Origin: a virus
Strand: one strand, 5' to 3'
Length of the DNA stretch: 43,439 nt
Virus record (IMG/VR): IMGVR_UViG_3300013296_000006
Span: 1 to 43,439 of that record
The position numbers were made by a program, and so were the translations under genes. The notes beneath the pieces were generated by a model that ran no database searches, was not told the origin of the DNA, and worked only from the letters and a program-made list of their open reading frames with translations. Shown piece after piece: positions 8,517 through 18,781 of the stretch (the stretch's first letter is position 1; the number at the start of each line of letters is the position of its first letter).

Positions 8517-9440
8517 ATGTTTGGGGCTAACTATTTTGCTCAACCATATTTCGGCCAGGCATATCAGGGAAGTATCTCTGGTACCCTAAATATTATCGGT
8601 TTTACCGCTACAGTGAGTATGACTGGTGCTTTTAGCAAAAAGACTAGCTATATTCTTACAGCTAATTTGTCGTTTACTGGGCTATTGGCGAAATTATCTA
8701 GGCGCAGTTTTACAGCTAACCTTACACTTACTGGTGGCTTTGCTAAAACTGCATTTAAGACTTTTGCAGCTACACTTTCTTTTATTGGTGCATTTAAACG
8801 ACAGATCAATAAAGTGATGGTAGCCACTCAAAATTTCATCGGTGTTTTTAACAGAAAAGTTAGTCGATTATTCACTGCTACACTAACAACTACGGGTAGT
8901 GCGTTCTTAAAACTTATTAAATTGCCGTTTTCAGCCACACAGAGCTTCGTAGGAGCGTTTTCTAAGCGAACACTGAATGTCATAGCGTTTACGGCTACTC
9001 AGAGCTTTGTGGGGGCTTTAAAACGGCAGATTAACCGAAAATTAGTTGCTACTCAAAGTTTTGCGGGTGTTATGTTCAAGCAGACCAATAAACCTTTTGC
9101 CGCCACTCAAAGTTTCATAGGTAGTTTTGGCCGTTTCATTAGGCGCAATTTTGTGGCCACTCTTACAATATCTGCAATACTGCTTAAATTACTTGGTAAA
9201 AATTTTGTAGCTACTCTCAGTTTATTTGGTGCATGGACCCGTTGGTTTAAGCATGGTATGGCTCTTATTATTGAAACGGTGCAGACCACTGTGACGTTCA
9301 ACGAAGATAATAATAATCGTACTCTTAACTCAGATAGTAACGCGGCGACGCTAAGTGACCCTTCAAACCAGAAAACTATAAATAGTGATGACACCAATGT
9401 TACAATGTCTTCAGACTCTAACGAAAGAACACTGGACTAA
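8517..9440 (+). CDS. Tandem-repeat structural protein (307 aa; about 12 repeats of 18-20 aa).
   Basis: GGAG SD site. The repeat unit F-x-A-T-(Q/L)-S-F-x-G-x-F-x-(K/R)-x-x-x-(K/R) recurs about 12 times, for example FTATQSFVGALKRQINRKL and VATQSFAGVMFKQTNKP. The C-terminal tail is Asn/Ser/Asp/Thr-rich. Confidence 0.7.
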   Translation: MFGANYFAQPYFGQAYQGSISGTLNIIGFTATVSMTGAFSKKTSYILTANLSFTGLLAKLSRRSFTANLTLTGGFAKTAFKTFAATLSFIGAFKRQINKVMVATQNFIGVFNRKVSRLFTATLTTTGSAFLKLIKLPFSATQSFVGAFSKRTLNVIAFTATQSFVGALKRQINRKLVATQSFAGVMFKQTNKPFAATQSFIGSFGRFIRRNFVATLTISAILLKLLGKNFVATLSLFGAWTRWFKHGMALIIETVQTTVTFNEDNNNRTLNSDSNAATLSDPSNQKTINSDDTNVTMSSDSNERTLD

Positions 9441-9444
9441 AAAA

Positions 9445-9771
9445 ATGGCAACACAAACAATAAACACAGTCGCAGGCAACACCGCACCAGCTTGGATCAT
9501 TACAGCAAAACGAAAAGGCGTGGTTATTGACGTTACAGGTTGTAGCGTTGATTTGATATTGGCCAAAGGTAACAGTGTTACGAACGCTGGACACCAGGAT
9601 TGCGTTATTGTTACTCCTACGAGTGGCATTGTTAGTTATTCGCCTCAAACTGGGGATGTTCCAGTTAGGGGTAAATATAAGGCTGATTTGAAGGTTATTT
9701 ATCCTGATGCTACTAGTGAAATTCTTTATGATCAGTTGGTTGTTAATGCACGAAAGGCATTGGGTACCTAA
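9445..9771 (+). CDS. Small beta-sandwich (Ig-like) structural protein (108 aa).
   Basis: ATG at 9445 (MATQTINTVAGN...) just after the upstream stop at 9440; the track start at 9385 lies inside the previous gene. Alternating beta pattern throughout. Confidence 0.55.
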   Translation: MATQTINTVAGNTAPAWIITAKRKGVVIDVTGCSVDLILAKGNSVTNAGHQDCVIVTPTSGIVSYSPQTGDVPVRGKYKADLKVIYPDATSEILYDQLVVNARKALGT

Positions 9772-10448
9772 TGGGCCAGATTACACTTGCACAGTATAGA
9801 GCTAATGTTCGTGGGCTCGTTGGTGACACAGCTTATGATATGACGCTAGTTGATCAGGCGATTAACTGGTTTATTTATGAGGTACACACCAACAACCATA
9901 TCCGTTACATGGAAACTTCGGATGAGGTTGATATTTCTGCTGGTGACACTACCGCTGATTTTCCTGATGATTTGAACAGTATTTTAAGTTTGACTATGAC
10001 TAGCCCACAGCATTTAGATATTTTGCGTCACTATGTTGAATATGGTGATTTTATGAAACTGTACCCTGGCTGGGCTACTTATAACCCACGGTTAGTCTAC
10101 CAATGGACTGATTTTGCTAATGGTATGCGTCTAGCGGCACCTGCCAAACAAGACACTATTTTGGCTATCGACTATATTCGTAATCCTGTGCCAATGATAG
10201 ATGACGAAGATACTACTGATATGCCAGATCAGTACGAAGAGCTAATCTCAAAGGGTGGGCTTGCTCGTTTGATGGAAATCAATGAAGACTACGGTGAGGC
10301 TGCTACTGAACGTAATAACCTCGATCCACTTTTGACGGCATTTATTAGCACTGAAAGCCGTGGTGGGCTCAAAGCTGGTCCAATTATTATGCGCTCCAAT
10401 AGGGGTCGGGTAGGTCGCGGGAGCTACCAACAAGGGGAGACAACATAA
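9771..10448 (+). CDS. Head-tail adaptor or tail tubular A-position protein (225 aa).
   Basis: TAATG coupling on both sides. It immediately precedes the 672-aa nozzle-like gene, as in the podovirus gp11/gp12 order. Confidence 0.45.
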   Translation: MGQITLAQYRANVRGLVGDTAYDMTLVDQAINWFIYEVHTNNHIRYMETSDEVDISAGDTTADFPDDLNSILSLTMTSPQHLDILRHYVEYGDFMKLYPGWATYNPRLVYQWTDFANGMRLAAPAKQDTILAIDYIRNPVPMIDDEDTTDMPDQYEELISKGGLARLMEINEDYGEAATERNNLDPLLTAFISTESRGGLKAGPIIMRSNRGRVGRGSYQQGETT

Positions 10449-12466
10449 TGCGCAGTGGTGTCACTGGGAAACGAACTGTACCGCAAACCTCCAGCAAAGC
10501 CATAGACGAGTTCTATGGCTTGCGTGGTCTTGATATGACGACTCCTGATGAGGAAATGTTACCTGGCAACAGCCCATGGACAATTAACAGCCGTATGTAT
10601 GCCCGTAACGATGGTGAAAGCCGTGTTGGTAATCGAACGCGTACAGGTGCCACTCACTTTTCTTCGCCTGTAGGTTCGGCCGCTAATGTCCAAAACGTCG
10701 CTACTACTATTGGTGATCTTGATTTCTCTACCACTAAAGTTATCGCTAACCCCATTCAGTTTAGTTCTGGTGGGGCTTTAACTCGTTTAGATACTGAAAT
10801 TAAGAAAATTGGTCAGGCATCAGGCCATCCGATTGTTGAAATTTATACTAATAACGGTGGTGTTCCAGGTACGTTGATTGCTGAGAGTTCTATAAATGGC
10901 TCATTGATTACTACTACTTACCAGTATTTGACTTCTTATTTTATTGATGCGCCTACCGTTAATAACACGGACACTTATTGGGCTGTTTACTTTATTCAGG
11001 ATAATGGCGCAGGTAGCTATTACTTGAACCAGACGGCCGCTGGCTCAGTTTTAGAGCTGGTTTCGACGAATGGTGGCCAAGCTTGGAGTTCGTTGAACTG
11101 CGGCATCCATTTTAAGAGCTATTTATCAACGCCTGGCGGTGTAAAGGGCTACTATCCTTACTATCCATCTGATAGCAGCTTAAACAAGCTCCTGATGGCC
11201 CAGGGAACGACTTTACAGGGCATTATGAAGTCCACAGGTGCGTTGACGGCTATTGATACCAGTATGAGCCCTAGTTCAACTAAGGTACGATTTGCGCAGG
11301 TTGATGATCTCGCACTGTACTGTAATGGCTATGATCCTCTAAAACTGTGGAACGGCACTGATGCACCGAGTAACGTGTTAAATGTGCCTACCGTCAATCC
11401 TGATAACGTCATGGCTTGGCAAAACCGAGTCTTTATCTACAAGGGTACGCGTGTAGAATTTTCTGAATTAGGTGACATGAATACTTGGCCGTCAGTTAAC
11501 TTCTTTTATATCCCGATTACTACTCCGAAATCACCTGATCACATTACTGGTTGGCGCGTATTCCAAGATAATCTTTGTTTTTGGACACACAAAACTAAGT
11601 ATCAAGTTATCGGCTCAAATATTAGTAACTTCACCTATAAAGAGGTTGTCGGAACTAAGGGTGCTGCTTCTGATGAGGGCATTGTTTGTGATCGGAACTT
11701 TGCTTATTTTGTATCTGATGATAAGCAGATTTACCGCTGGAATGGTATATCTGACACCCTGTTATCATTGGCTGTTGAAGGCGAACTGCAGGGTATGGAT
11801 GATGTCACACAGGTTCGTTTGCACCTCTATCGTAATCAACTTCGTGTTTATTACACAAAGGCTGGTGAAGGCCGAATGCTTTTATTGGATATCGAGTTAA
11901 GTAATCCTAGTGCAAGCGCATGGGTTTGGATGCTTGACACCGATCACCCGATGGTTGGCTCGTGTGATTTATACCTCGATAAAGATGATCCGTTAATTGA
12001 GTTTTCTTCTTTGGTGGGCCGCGCTTACTACGGTGAAGTAGAAGACAACTTTAATGATGTCGGCAAAGCTCTCGATTGGAAATACTGGACCAATTACAAA
12101 ACCTATGGCTACCGCCGACGCAATGGCCAGTCATTCGGTGGTGCTTCTACCAAGAAGCGTATCCGTCGTTTCCACCCTATCGTGCGCACCGAAGACTCTG
12201 ATTATACAATGTCGGTTGGTCGTGACTTTGACTTTAAGAATCAGCCTGATATGCGGGCTTACGTTGTTTCTGGTGGTGGTGCTAAATTCGGTTCATTTAA
12301 ATGGGGTGATGGTACTCACTGGGGTAAAGCAAAGCAGATCATGACACTTACTTCTATGAGTGGTCGCGGTAACTTTATTCAGTATCGTTTTGAGCGCAAG
12401 GGTGTTGATACCCCTGTAGAGTTATATGGCTATGTTGCACAATACAAGATTGGAACACCGAAGTAA
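10448..12466 (+). CDS. Tail nozzle or tail tubular B-like protein (672 aa).
   Basis: Repeated blade-like segments (YCNGYDPLKLWNG, WQNRVFIYKG, FQDNLCFWTH, FAYFVSDDKQIYRWNG) suggest a beta-propeller. Size and position fit a podovirus nozzle. Confidence 0.5.
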   Translation: MRSGVTGKRTVPQTSSKAIDEFYGLRGLDMTTPDEEMLPGNSPWTINSRMYARNDGESRVGNRTRTGATHFSSPVGSAANVQNVATTIGDLDFSTTKVIANPIQFSSGGALTRLDTEIKKIGQASGHPIVEIYTNNGGVPGTLIAESSINGSLITTTYQYLTSYFIDAPTVNNTDTYWAVYFIQDNGAGSYYLNQTAAGSVLELVSTNGGQAWSSLNCGIHFKSYLSTPGGVKGYYPYYPSDSSLNKLLMAQGTTLQGIMKSTGALTAIDTSMSPSSTKVRFAQVDDLALYCNGYDPLKLWNGTDAPSNVLNVPTVNPDNVMAWQNRVFIYKGTRVEFSELGDMNTWPSVNFFYIPITTPKSPDHITGWRVFQDNLCFWTHKTKYQVIGSNISNFTYKEVVGTKGAASDEGIVCDRNFAYFVSDDKQIYRWNGISDTLLSLAVEGELQGMDDVTQVRLHLYRNQLRVYYTKAGEGRMLLLDIELSNPSASAWVWMLDTDHPMVGSCDLYLDKDDPLIEFSSLVGRAYYGEVEDNFNDVGKALDWKYWTNYKTYGYRRRNGQSFGGASTKKRIRRFHPIVRTEDSDYTMSVGRDFDFKNQPDMRAYVVSGGGAKFGSFKWGDGTHWGKAKQIMTLTSMSGRGNFIQYRFERKGVDTPVELYGYVAQYKIGTPK

Positions 12467-12930
12467 TGCAACCTACAGGATTGTCTCTTGATGGTGGTAC
12501 ACTCCAGCTTTTGCCTGGAGGTGCTACGTTAGAACAGCTTACAGCAGCTCTAAACGATGTTATTACACGCTTAAACTCACAGCTACAGACACAGGTTTAT
12601 TCTGATACTCAAAACCAGCGTATGCTTATTGGTTATCAACAGAATGGTTGGGGCGTAGGTAAAAACTTTGGTATCAAGATATCTATTGAAGGCAAGGATG
12701 TGCGGACCGCGACTGACGATGAGTTACTTTTCAGTATGTCTGTTGATGCTTGGACTTGGCGCAATAGCAGTGGTCAGATTACAAAGCAATTCCAGGCTCA
12801 GACTGGTACCGACAGTTACTATGACTCTGCTACCCGCAATTATGTTAATATTGGTTTACGGCCGAGTACTAACACCGACGGGTTTGAAATGGCTAAACCA
12901 GGTTCGGACTTAGGCAATGCCCCAATCTAA
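12466..12930 (+). CDS. Tail-associated structural protein (154 aa).
   Basis: TAATG coupling. No family named. Confidence 0.5.
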   Translation: MQPTGLSLDGGTLQLLPGGATLEQLTAALNDVITRLNSQLQTQVYSDTQNQRMLIGYQQNGWGVGKNFGIKISIEGKDVRTATDDELLFSMSVDAWTWRNSSGQITKQFQAQTGTDSYYDSATRNYVNIGLRPSTNTDGFEMAKPGSDLGNAPI

Positions 12931-13672
12931 GCAATCACTGACTAGTGATTTTGATTATTTAAAAATCGCTAAAGATGACACGATTACTATCACTACTGGC
13001 ACACCGTCAGATAGTGATTTTGCTTTTCCGACTGATCCGTTCGGTGGCTTTGGTTTCGGTGAGCAAGGTTATGCTACGATTAGCCATAATCTAGGTAGTG
13101 TGCCGCTTGTTCGAGCCTTTATACAATCAGTAGGCGGCCTCTGGTATAGCTCATATCAACAGATTGGTTTTATTCAGATTGATCCTAACCTGCTTACTTT
13201 GGTGAGTGCAAACGACTTGAAACTTTGTGTTAATAGTGGCTCACACCAAAGCAATGTACCAGTGTTTTATCGAATTTATAAGCTAGGTACAACTGCCATT
13301 GATTCAGATGATCGTATTGATAAGATATTCTTAAAAAGTGATCCAGCCTCACCTACCAGTGCTACACTTGGGCCTTGCACGTTTTCTTCTGATAATGTGC
13401 AAACAGTAGTACCAATTCCGCATAACCAAAATGAGGATATCATTTGGACTTTAGAATTTTCCCAGGATGGTAATAACTGGTATAACGACGGTAGTTTCAT
13501 TTATGGTGGCCCTGACACTGGTTCTGGCCCTCCAGGTGGTCCGTATGCCTATTACTACTATTGTCGTGCTTATGGAGCTGCTGATAGCAATAATTTTTAT
13601 ATTCGTTTTGAACATAACTATCCGACTAGCATCACCTTATATGCTCGATGGAGTTTGGATTATCGCTCATGA
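12917..13672 (+). CDS. Tail-associated structural protein (251 aa).
   Basis: ATG overlapping the upstream gene by 14 nt. Contains an ISHNLGSVPLV-type motif common in phage structural proteins. Confidence 0.5.
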   Translation: MPQSKQSLTSDFDYLKIAKDDTITITTGTPSDSDFAFPTDPFGGFGFGEQGYATISHNLGSVPLVRAFIQSVGGLWYSSYQQIGFIQIDPNLLTLVSANDLKLCVNSGSHQSNVPVFYRIYKLGTTAIDSDDRIDKIFLKSDPASPTSATLGPCTFSSDNVQTVVPIPHNQNEDIIWTLEFSQDGNNWYNDGSFIYGGPDTGSGPPGGPYAYYYYCRAYGAADSNNFYIRFEHNYPTSITLYARWSLDYRS

Positions 13673-14070
13673 GTGACAAGTACGTTAATGATGTTTTTAA
13701 CTCTGATCTCGACGCTTTTAAGCAAAGCGGTATTCAAACTGCTTCAGTGACTTTTTCTGGTAGTGTGGCCGCTGGTGGTGAAGTTGTACTTACCACTTCA
13801 CCACTGACTTTAAATAATTTAGATTTCTCTCAAATTCTGTTTGATAATAGCTTTTATCATCCTGGTCGATATCGTAATATGGCACTTGAAAATGCCACTA
13901 TGATTAACGAAACGACTAGAGGCAGTCAACTGCAATGTAATGTAGCCCAGGTAGTCAATGGCAACACAATTCAGTTGACGGCAACGCTATTTAATCCGTA
14001 TGATGGAGCTGTAACCCTTAGTACAACGACAATAAATTTCTTGTATATTCCTTATCAAGCTACGTTGTAA
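13669..14070 (+). CDS. Structural-module protein (133 aa).
   Basis: ATGA overlap with the upstream stop at 13669-13672. An alternative in-frame ATG at 13648 cannot be excluded. Confidence 0.45.
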   Translation: MSDKYVNDVFNSDLDAFKQSGIQTASVTFSGSVAAGGEVVLTTSPLTLNNLDFSQILFDNSFYHPGRYRNMALENATMINETTRGSQLQCNVAQVVNGNTIQLTATLFNPYDGAVTLSTTTINFLYIPYQATL

Positions 14071-14111
14071 AGTGTGGTAAAATTACCATATAAAGGAAAT
14101 TTAAACAAAAA

Positions 14112-14828
14112 ATGCCACCACAAGTACAAGACTTAAACACTCTTATCGGTCAGTACCAAACCGCACTGGCCCCTCAAAAACAACAACTCGATAGCCAAAT
14201 TACGGCTAACGATCAATCAGGCCAGGTGCAACAGCAAGGACTTGGCGCGGCAAAAGATACAGCTTTTCAAGATATTACCCAACAGGCGAATGATCGCGGT
14301 GGGTATTTTTCTGGTTTTAGCCCTGATCAACAAGCTAAATATACGGCTGCTACTTATCTGCCTGCTCTAGCTCAACTGCAAAGTACTATCGCTGGTACTC
14401 GTGCTTCACTGCTTGGCAAAGAAGCTGATCTGTCAGCTACCGCTAATACCTCGGCACTTACTGAACAGCAACAGGAACAAAAGAATCTTCAGTCATACCA
14501 AGAACAACAGGCCGCTGCCGCTGCCGCTGCCGCCGAAGCTGAAAAGACTCGTGAATTTCAAGCGGGTGAAAACGCTAAAGATCGGGCTGCTACGTTGGCT
14601 GCTGCTAACGCTAAAGCTGCTCAAATCACCCCTGCACAACAGCAGGCCCAGGACTTCGCGGCCGCTAATAGCTATCTATCAGGTAAAGTTGGTGGCGATC
14701 AAAAAGTTAGCCCTAATGTTTGGAAAGCTGCCGAAAAGAGTTGGGTTGATGCTGGCTATAGTGCCGCATCCTTCAAGTCAAACTTTGGTAACTACATTAA
14801 CAGCAATCACGCACAAGATTACACCTAG
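14112..14828 (+). CDS. Gln/Ala-rich internal virion protein candidate (238 aa).
   Basis: Q-rich helical sequence with a poly-Ala run (QQAAAAAAAAEAEK) encoded by a GCCGCT-type repeat near 14511-14535. Lies upstream of the giant ejection-type gene. Confidence 0.45.
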   Translation: MPPQVQDLNTLIGQYQTALAPQKQQLDSQITANDQSGQVQQQGLGAAKDTAFQDITQQANDRGGYFSGFSPDQQAKYTAATYLPALAQLQSTIAGTRASLLGKEADLSATANTSALTEQQQEQKNLQSYQEQQAAAAAAAAEAEKTREFQAGENAKDRAATLAAANAKAAQITPAQQQAQDFAAANSYLSGKVGGDQKVSPNVWKAAEKSWVDAGYSAASFKSNFGNYINSNHAQDYT

Positions 14829-14837
14829 GAGTAAAAG

Positions 14838-17800
14838 ATGCCGTTTATTGCTCCTGGCTCAACAAGTTCGAAAAGTTCAGGTGGTGGCCCCGCACCACGA
14901 TTTCACGCTCCATCTGATAATATGCACATTGCACCCGAAGAGGGTAGTGGTAATGGGCTTACTGATATCAACTCTCTTAAAGCTCAAAAGCAGAAGAATC
15001 AACAGCAGAATAATAAAAGTGTCGCTCACAAGGCCATTGATGATCTTGGTGGCTTTTTAAGTGGTGCGGGTCATGTAGCAAAATCTACGGGTTCAGCACT
15101 TGTAAAGCCTGCGGCCGATGTCATCAATTACGATGTTATCAATCCCGCAAAACAGGTTGTAGCTACGGCTACTGGCAACAAGCAAGCGGCTGCTAATGCT
15201 AGTGCTAATGAAACGAAAATCGGTGGCAAAATAGTTCATGATACTGCTCAACTTAGTAGTGATATTTCTGGTGGGGCTGTTAATCAGTTAGCTCGTGCGG
15301 CCGTTCAGGTGCCTCACGCCATTGCTCGTGAAGTTCAGAACAAACCCATTGATGATATTCAGAAAAAAGCTTTTGGCACAACTGATTCAGGTACAATTGC
15401 TAAGAAGATCGTTGGCTCAACGGTTGGTACGGCTGCGCTGGTTGCGGGGGCTCCTGAAGCCGCTGCCGCTAAAGATGTCGTAGTTGCTGGCGGTGAAACG
15501 GCCGCCAAAACAGGTGCCAAAATCGTTCCTAGAGTGGCCAAAGACGCTGCTATCGGTGGTACTGGTACAGCAGGCAGTAACCTAACGACTAATCCTAACC
15601 AAAGCACCAAAGACCTTGTTAAAAACACTGTTATCGGTGCTGCTACCGCAGGCGCACTACCTGTAGTAGCAGCCGCCGCTGGTAAGGGTGTTCAGTATCT
15701 TTTCGGTAAAAAACCAGTTGCAGCGTCAACTCCGACTCCTATTGAGGTCAAAGATCAAAGTACTGGTACAACGAAAGGTGTTGTCACTAGCGTATTACCG
15801 AAATCGACAGGTGTTGATGCGAAACCACCTGTACTGCCGCGGCCGAGTGACGCTGGTTATACTAATGCAGAATTTCGTTCAGAATTTAACGCTCCCGCCG
15901 CCCAGGTTGCTAAAAATACACCTGAAGTAGCTGATGCTTTCGCTAAGACTGGCTCACATGATCCCACGACACTTACCGTTGCTACTTTGGCGGACTTGAC
16001 TAACAGTAAAAAGGTCGGCGGTATTGTCGATCAAATGGTACCAGGTTTGCAGGGTGCTGATCGGACCGCAACTGTAAAAGCCATCACTGCAGCTAAAGAC
16101 CCTGCAGAAGTATCTCATCTGTTATATGATGCGGCCCACAATCAGCATATGGCTAACAATGCGGCGACTCATCTGACAGGTACGCCAATGGATAAGAGCA
16201 TTTCCTTCAATAACCCTAGTGACGTTGAAAATGCACAGCGTCAACAGTTACATGTTCGAATCGCTCAAATCAATAAAGCCATTGATAATCATGCGGCTGG
16301 TAGTACTGAGCAGACACCAGAGGCTTTAAATGCCCTCCTGAAGTCACGACAGGCTGCTCAAGACGTTTTAGATGGTAAAACGGCTTATGCTGACGCATAC
16401 GGCCCTAAAGCCAATACAAGCAATATTAAGCCGTTACCGTTTGTCGGTGATCCTATCGAAGGCCACCCGTTACAGCAGACTAAGGGTATTGTTGCTAGCA
16501 TTCCGAAGGTAGCTGAAGGTGATAGTACTCGCCAGGCAGTTGTCAACCGAGAAGTAGCTATGCGGGCAACACTTGATAGTTTCCACCCTGCTGAAGCGAC
16601 TGAAACCTGGAACAAATTAAGCGCGGCCGATCAGAAGTTATTTGATAAAAGTGAAGTTGGCCCAGGCTTAACCGATAAGCAGGGTATGGACCGCTTTATT
16701 CGGATTGCAAAAGCCAATGCAAAAGACCCCGAAACACTAATCAAGTACGCTAAAATCCACGCTGAAGATATGAAAACAGTGTTAGCTCACCGCCAGGCGC
16801 TTCACCCTGAGACTGAAAACTTGCCTAACTATCGACCGCACTTGTATGACCGCAATGATAAAGCTACTGCCGACTACTTGCAAAAACGAGCTGATACCTA
16901 TGCATTAGCTATTAAGAATGGTAAACCTGGCTATACCCAACACCGTATTATTCCAACGTATGCCGAAGCTGAAAAGGTACTTGGTAAAGATGGCAAACCT
17001 CTCTTAAAGCGGCTCAATAATAACGCTCACGAGGATTATATTCAGACTTTGCAACGAACGGCTGGCGAAAATGGCCAAGCTGCATTAGTTAAGGGTATGC
17101 GAGAGGCACACGGCACGAGTGCTGTTTTCCATGTTGGTACGAGTCCGACAGGTGATAATCTTGGTAACTTGCGTATCGCTGGTAGCAAAGGCTTGTCTAT
17201 GCCACAGGAACTAGCTGATCACTACAATGCTCGTGAAACGGCCGCTCCATCTAAGAATATGTTTGTCCGTGGCTACGATAAGTTGAACAAGAGTGTTAAA
17301 AATACTGTCCTAGCGGGTGGTGCTTTCCATGGTCTACAGAGTGGATTAACGGTAGCTGGTCAACAACTCATCAGTGGTATTCGTCACCCATCTTATTTGA
17401 TGGATAACCTACGACTTATCGGTGATAGCATGAGTACTAAGCTTCGTGATGCACATTTGGAAGCCATGAAAAACAACGCGGGTGACTTTAAAGATGGCAT
17501 GACCAGCTTAGAGCGTCAACGAGCTGCAGGTCTGACATATACTGACTTAGCCACTAAAGCTACCGATGGTAAAAACCAGGGAATCTTGAATAAATTACCA
17601 GGCTTCAAACAGCTCCATGAGGCAGTATTTGAACGTCAATTACCTGCCGCTAAGCAGATGATATTTGACCAGAAAACAGCTCATCTTGATTTGCGTAATC
17701 CTGCTGATCTTGCTAAAGCCCGTAGTGAAGCTGCAGGTATCAACTACATGATTGGTGGTATCGACTCGGCAACTGCAGGTCTATCACCAAAAGCTATGCA

Positions 17801-18758
17801 ACGCTTATCACGGGTTGTTCTAGCGGCCGATTATACTGAGGGTCGTGCTATGACTGTCGTAAATGCTTTGACTAAGTGGGGTGCAGATAGCCCTGCTGGT
17901 CGTACAGCACGGCAGGCGGTAATCGGTAAATCGTTGGTGACTGCTTTACCTGGGCTTATTGGTTTGGCCGCTACTGGCAAACTGAACTTAAATGATCCTA
18001 AAGCTGTTGGTAACGCCTTTGTACAACAGATTATCAGCCCACAGATCATGACTCCGTGGCGTGGTGCTCCTACCAAGAGCAATCAAAAAGGTAATCCCAT
18101 TTCCTTAAAACTACCAAGTACTTATATCTCAGAAATTGGTAAGGTTTTGGCTCCTGTCATTGATCCAAAAAGTACTTATGATAATAACCGTACCAGTGGT
18201 ATAAAAGATTTTGCCTCCGCTCGTTTGGCGGCGTTACCTGCAGCGGCCGAAAAGCTAGCAACGAATAAAGATTACTTCGGTAATCCTATTTTCACAGGTG
18301 ATAAGAAACAAACGGCTCTTAATGTTGCTGAACAATTCGCTCCTATCCCTGTATCACAAGGGGCCAAAGCTGCTTCTGGTAAACAAACGCTTGCTGAAAC
18401 AGCGCTCAATGAGGCAGGCTTTAAAACTTCTAGTAGTACCCTGCCTCAAGATACAGCTCATGCTCGTCGTCTTAACGAGTTCTATAACACTAAAAATGCA
18501 CTTGAGACTAACCGTGCCAAGGTCGTCAAACAGATGAATGATTTGGTCCGATCTGGTAACACTAATCAAGCTGATCGACTGGCCCAGGAGTTTAACTCAA
18601 CCATAGATGCACAAACTAAGCCATTCCGCAGCAAGTATGCCGATAACTATAATCCCGCATTCGATAAAGAATTTTTAAAGGCTAAGATTTCACCAACCAA
18701 CTCAGCAAATAGGGCTCGTGTAAAGGCAATTAAAGAGTCCGACGCTGTGGTACAATAA
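14838..18758 (+). CDS. Large internal virion or DNA-ejection protein (1306 aa).
   Basis: AGGAG SD site. Several Gly/Ala-rich hydrophobic segments (IVGSTVGTAALVAGAP, VIGAATAGALPVVAAAAG, LVTALPGLIGLAATG). Size and position parallel podovirus core proteins. I recognised no lytic domain. Confidence 0.5.
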   Translation: MPFIAPGSTSSKSSGGGPAPRFHAPSDNMHIAPEEGSGNGLTDINSLKAQKQKNQQQNNKSVAHKAIDDLGGFLSGAGHVAKSTGSALVKPAADVINYDVINPAKQVVATATGNKQAAANASANETKIGGKIVHDTAQLSSDISGGAVNQLARAAVQVPHAIAREVQNKPIDDIQKKAFGTTDSGTIAKKIVGSTVGTAALVAGAPEAAAAKDVVVAGGETAAKTGAKIVPRVAKDAAIGGTGTAGSNLTTNPNQSTKDLVKNTVIGAATAGALPVVAAAAGKGVQYLFGKKPVAASTPTPIEVKDQSTGTTKGVVTSVLPKSTGVDAKPPVLPRPSDAGYTNAEFRSEFNAPAAQVAKNTPEVADAFAKTGSHDPTTLTVATLADLTNSKKVGGIVDQMVPGLQGADRTATVKAITAAKDPAEVSHLLYDAAHNQHMANNAATHLTGTPMDKSISFNNPSDVENAQRQQLHVRIAQINKAIDNHAAGSTEQTPEALNALLKSRQAAQDVLDGKTAYADAYGPKANTSNIKPLPFVGDPIEGHPLQQTKGIVASIPKVAEGDSTRQAVVNREVAMRATLDSFHPAEATETWNKLSAADQKLFDKSEVGPGLTDKQGMDRFIRIAKANAKDPETLIKYAKIHAEDMKTVLAHRQALHPETENLPNYRPHLYDRNDKATADYLQKRADTYALAIKNGKPGYTQHRIIPTYAEAEKVLGKDGKPLLKRLNNNAHEDYIQTLQRTAGENGQAALVKGMREAHGTSAVFHVGTSPTGDNLGNLRIAGSKGLSMPQELADHYNARETAAPSKNMFVRGYDKLNKSVKNTVLAGGAFHGLQSGLTVAGQQLISGIRHPSYLMDNLRLIGDSMSTKLRDAHLEAMKNNAGDFKDGMTSLERQRAAGLTYTDLATKATDGKNQGILNKLPGFKQLHEAVFERQLPAAKQMIFDQKTAHLDLRNPADLAKARSEAAGINYMIGGIDSATAGLSPKAMQRLSRVVLAADYTEGRAMTVVNALTKWGADSPAGRTARQAVIGKSLVTALPGLIGLAATGKLNLNDPKAVGNAFVQQIISPQIMTPWRGAPTKSNQKGNPISLKLPSTYISEIGKVLAPVIDPKSTYDNNRTSGIKDFASARLAALPAAAEKLATNKDYFGNPIFTGDKKQTALNVAEQFAPIPVSQGAKAASGKQTLAETALNEAGFKTSSSTLPQDTAHARRLNEFYNTKNALETNRAKVVKQMNDLVRSGNTNQADRLAQEFNSTIDAQTKPFRSKYADNYNPAFDKEFLKAKISPTNSANRARVKAIKESDAVVQ

Positions 18759-18781
18759 CCAATAGAAAGAAGAAACCAAAA

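Noticed and set aside
6449-9771. A diversity-generating retroelement acting on the fibre genes.
   Set aside because: There is no reverse transcriptase ORF. I saw no template/variable repeat pair at the DNA level. The repeats in 8517-9440 are intragenic protein repeats.
14401-15060. 219-aa + strand alternative-frame ORF spanning the 14828/14838 gene junction.
   Set aside because: It is a Leu/Lys/Arg-rich out-of-frame product of two well-supported genes. It has no independent start signal.
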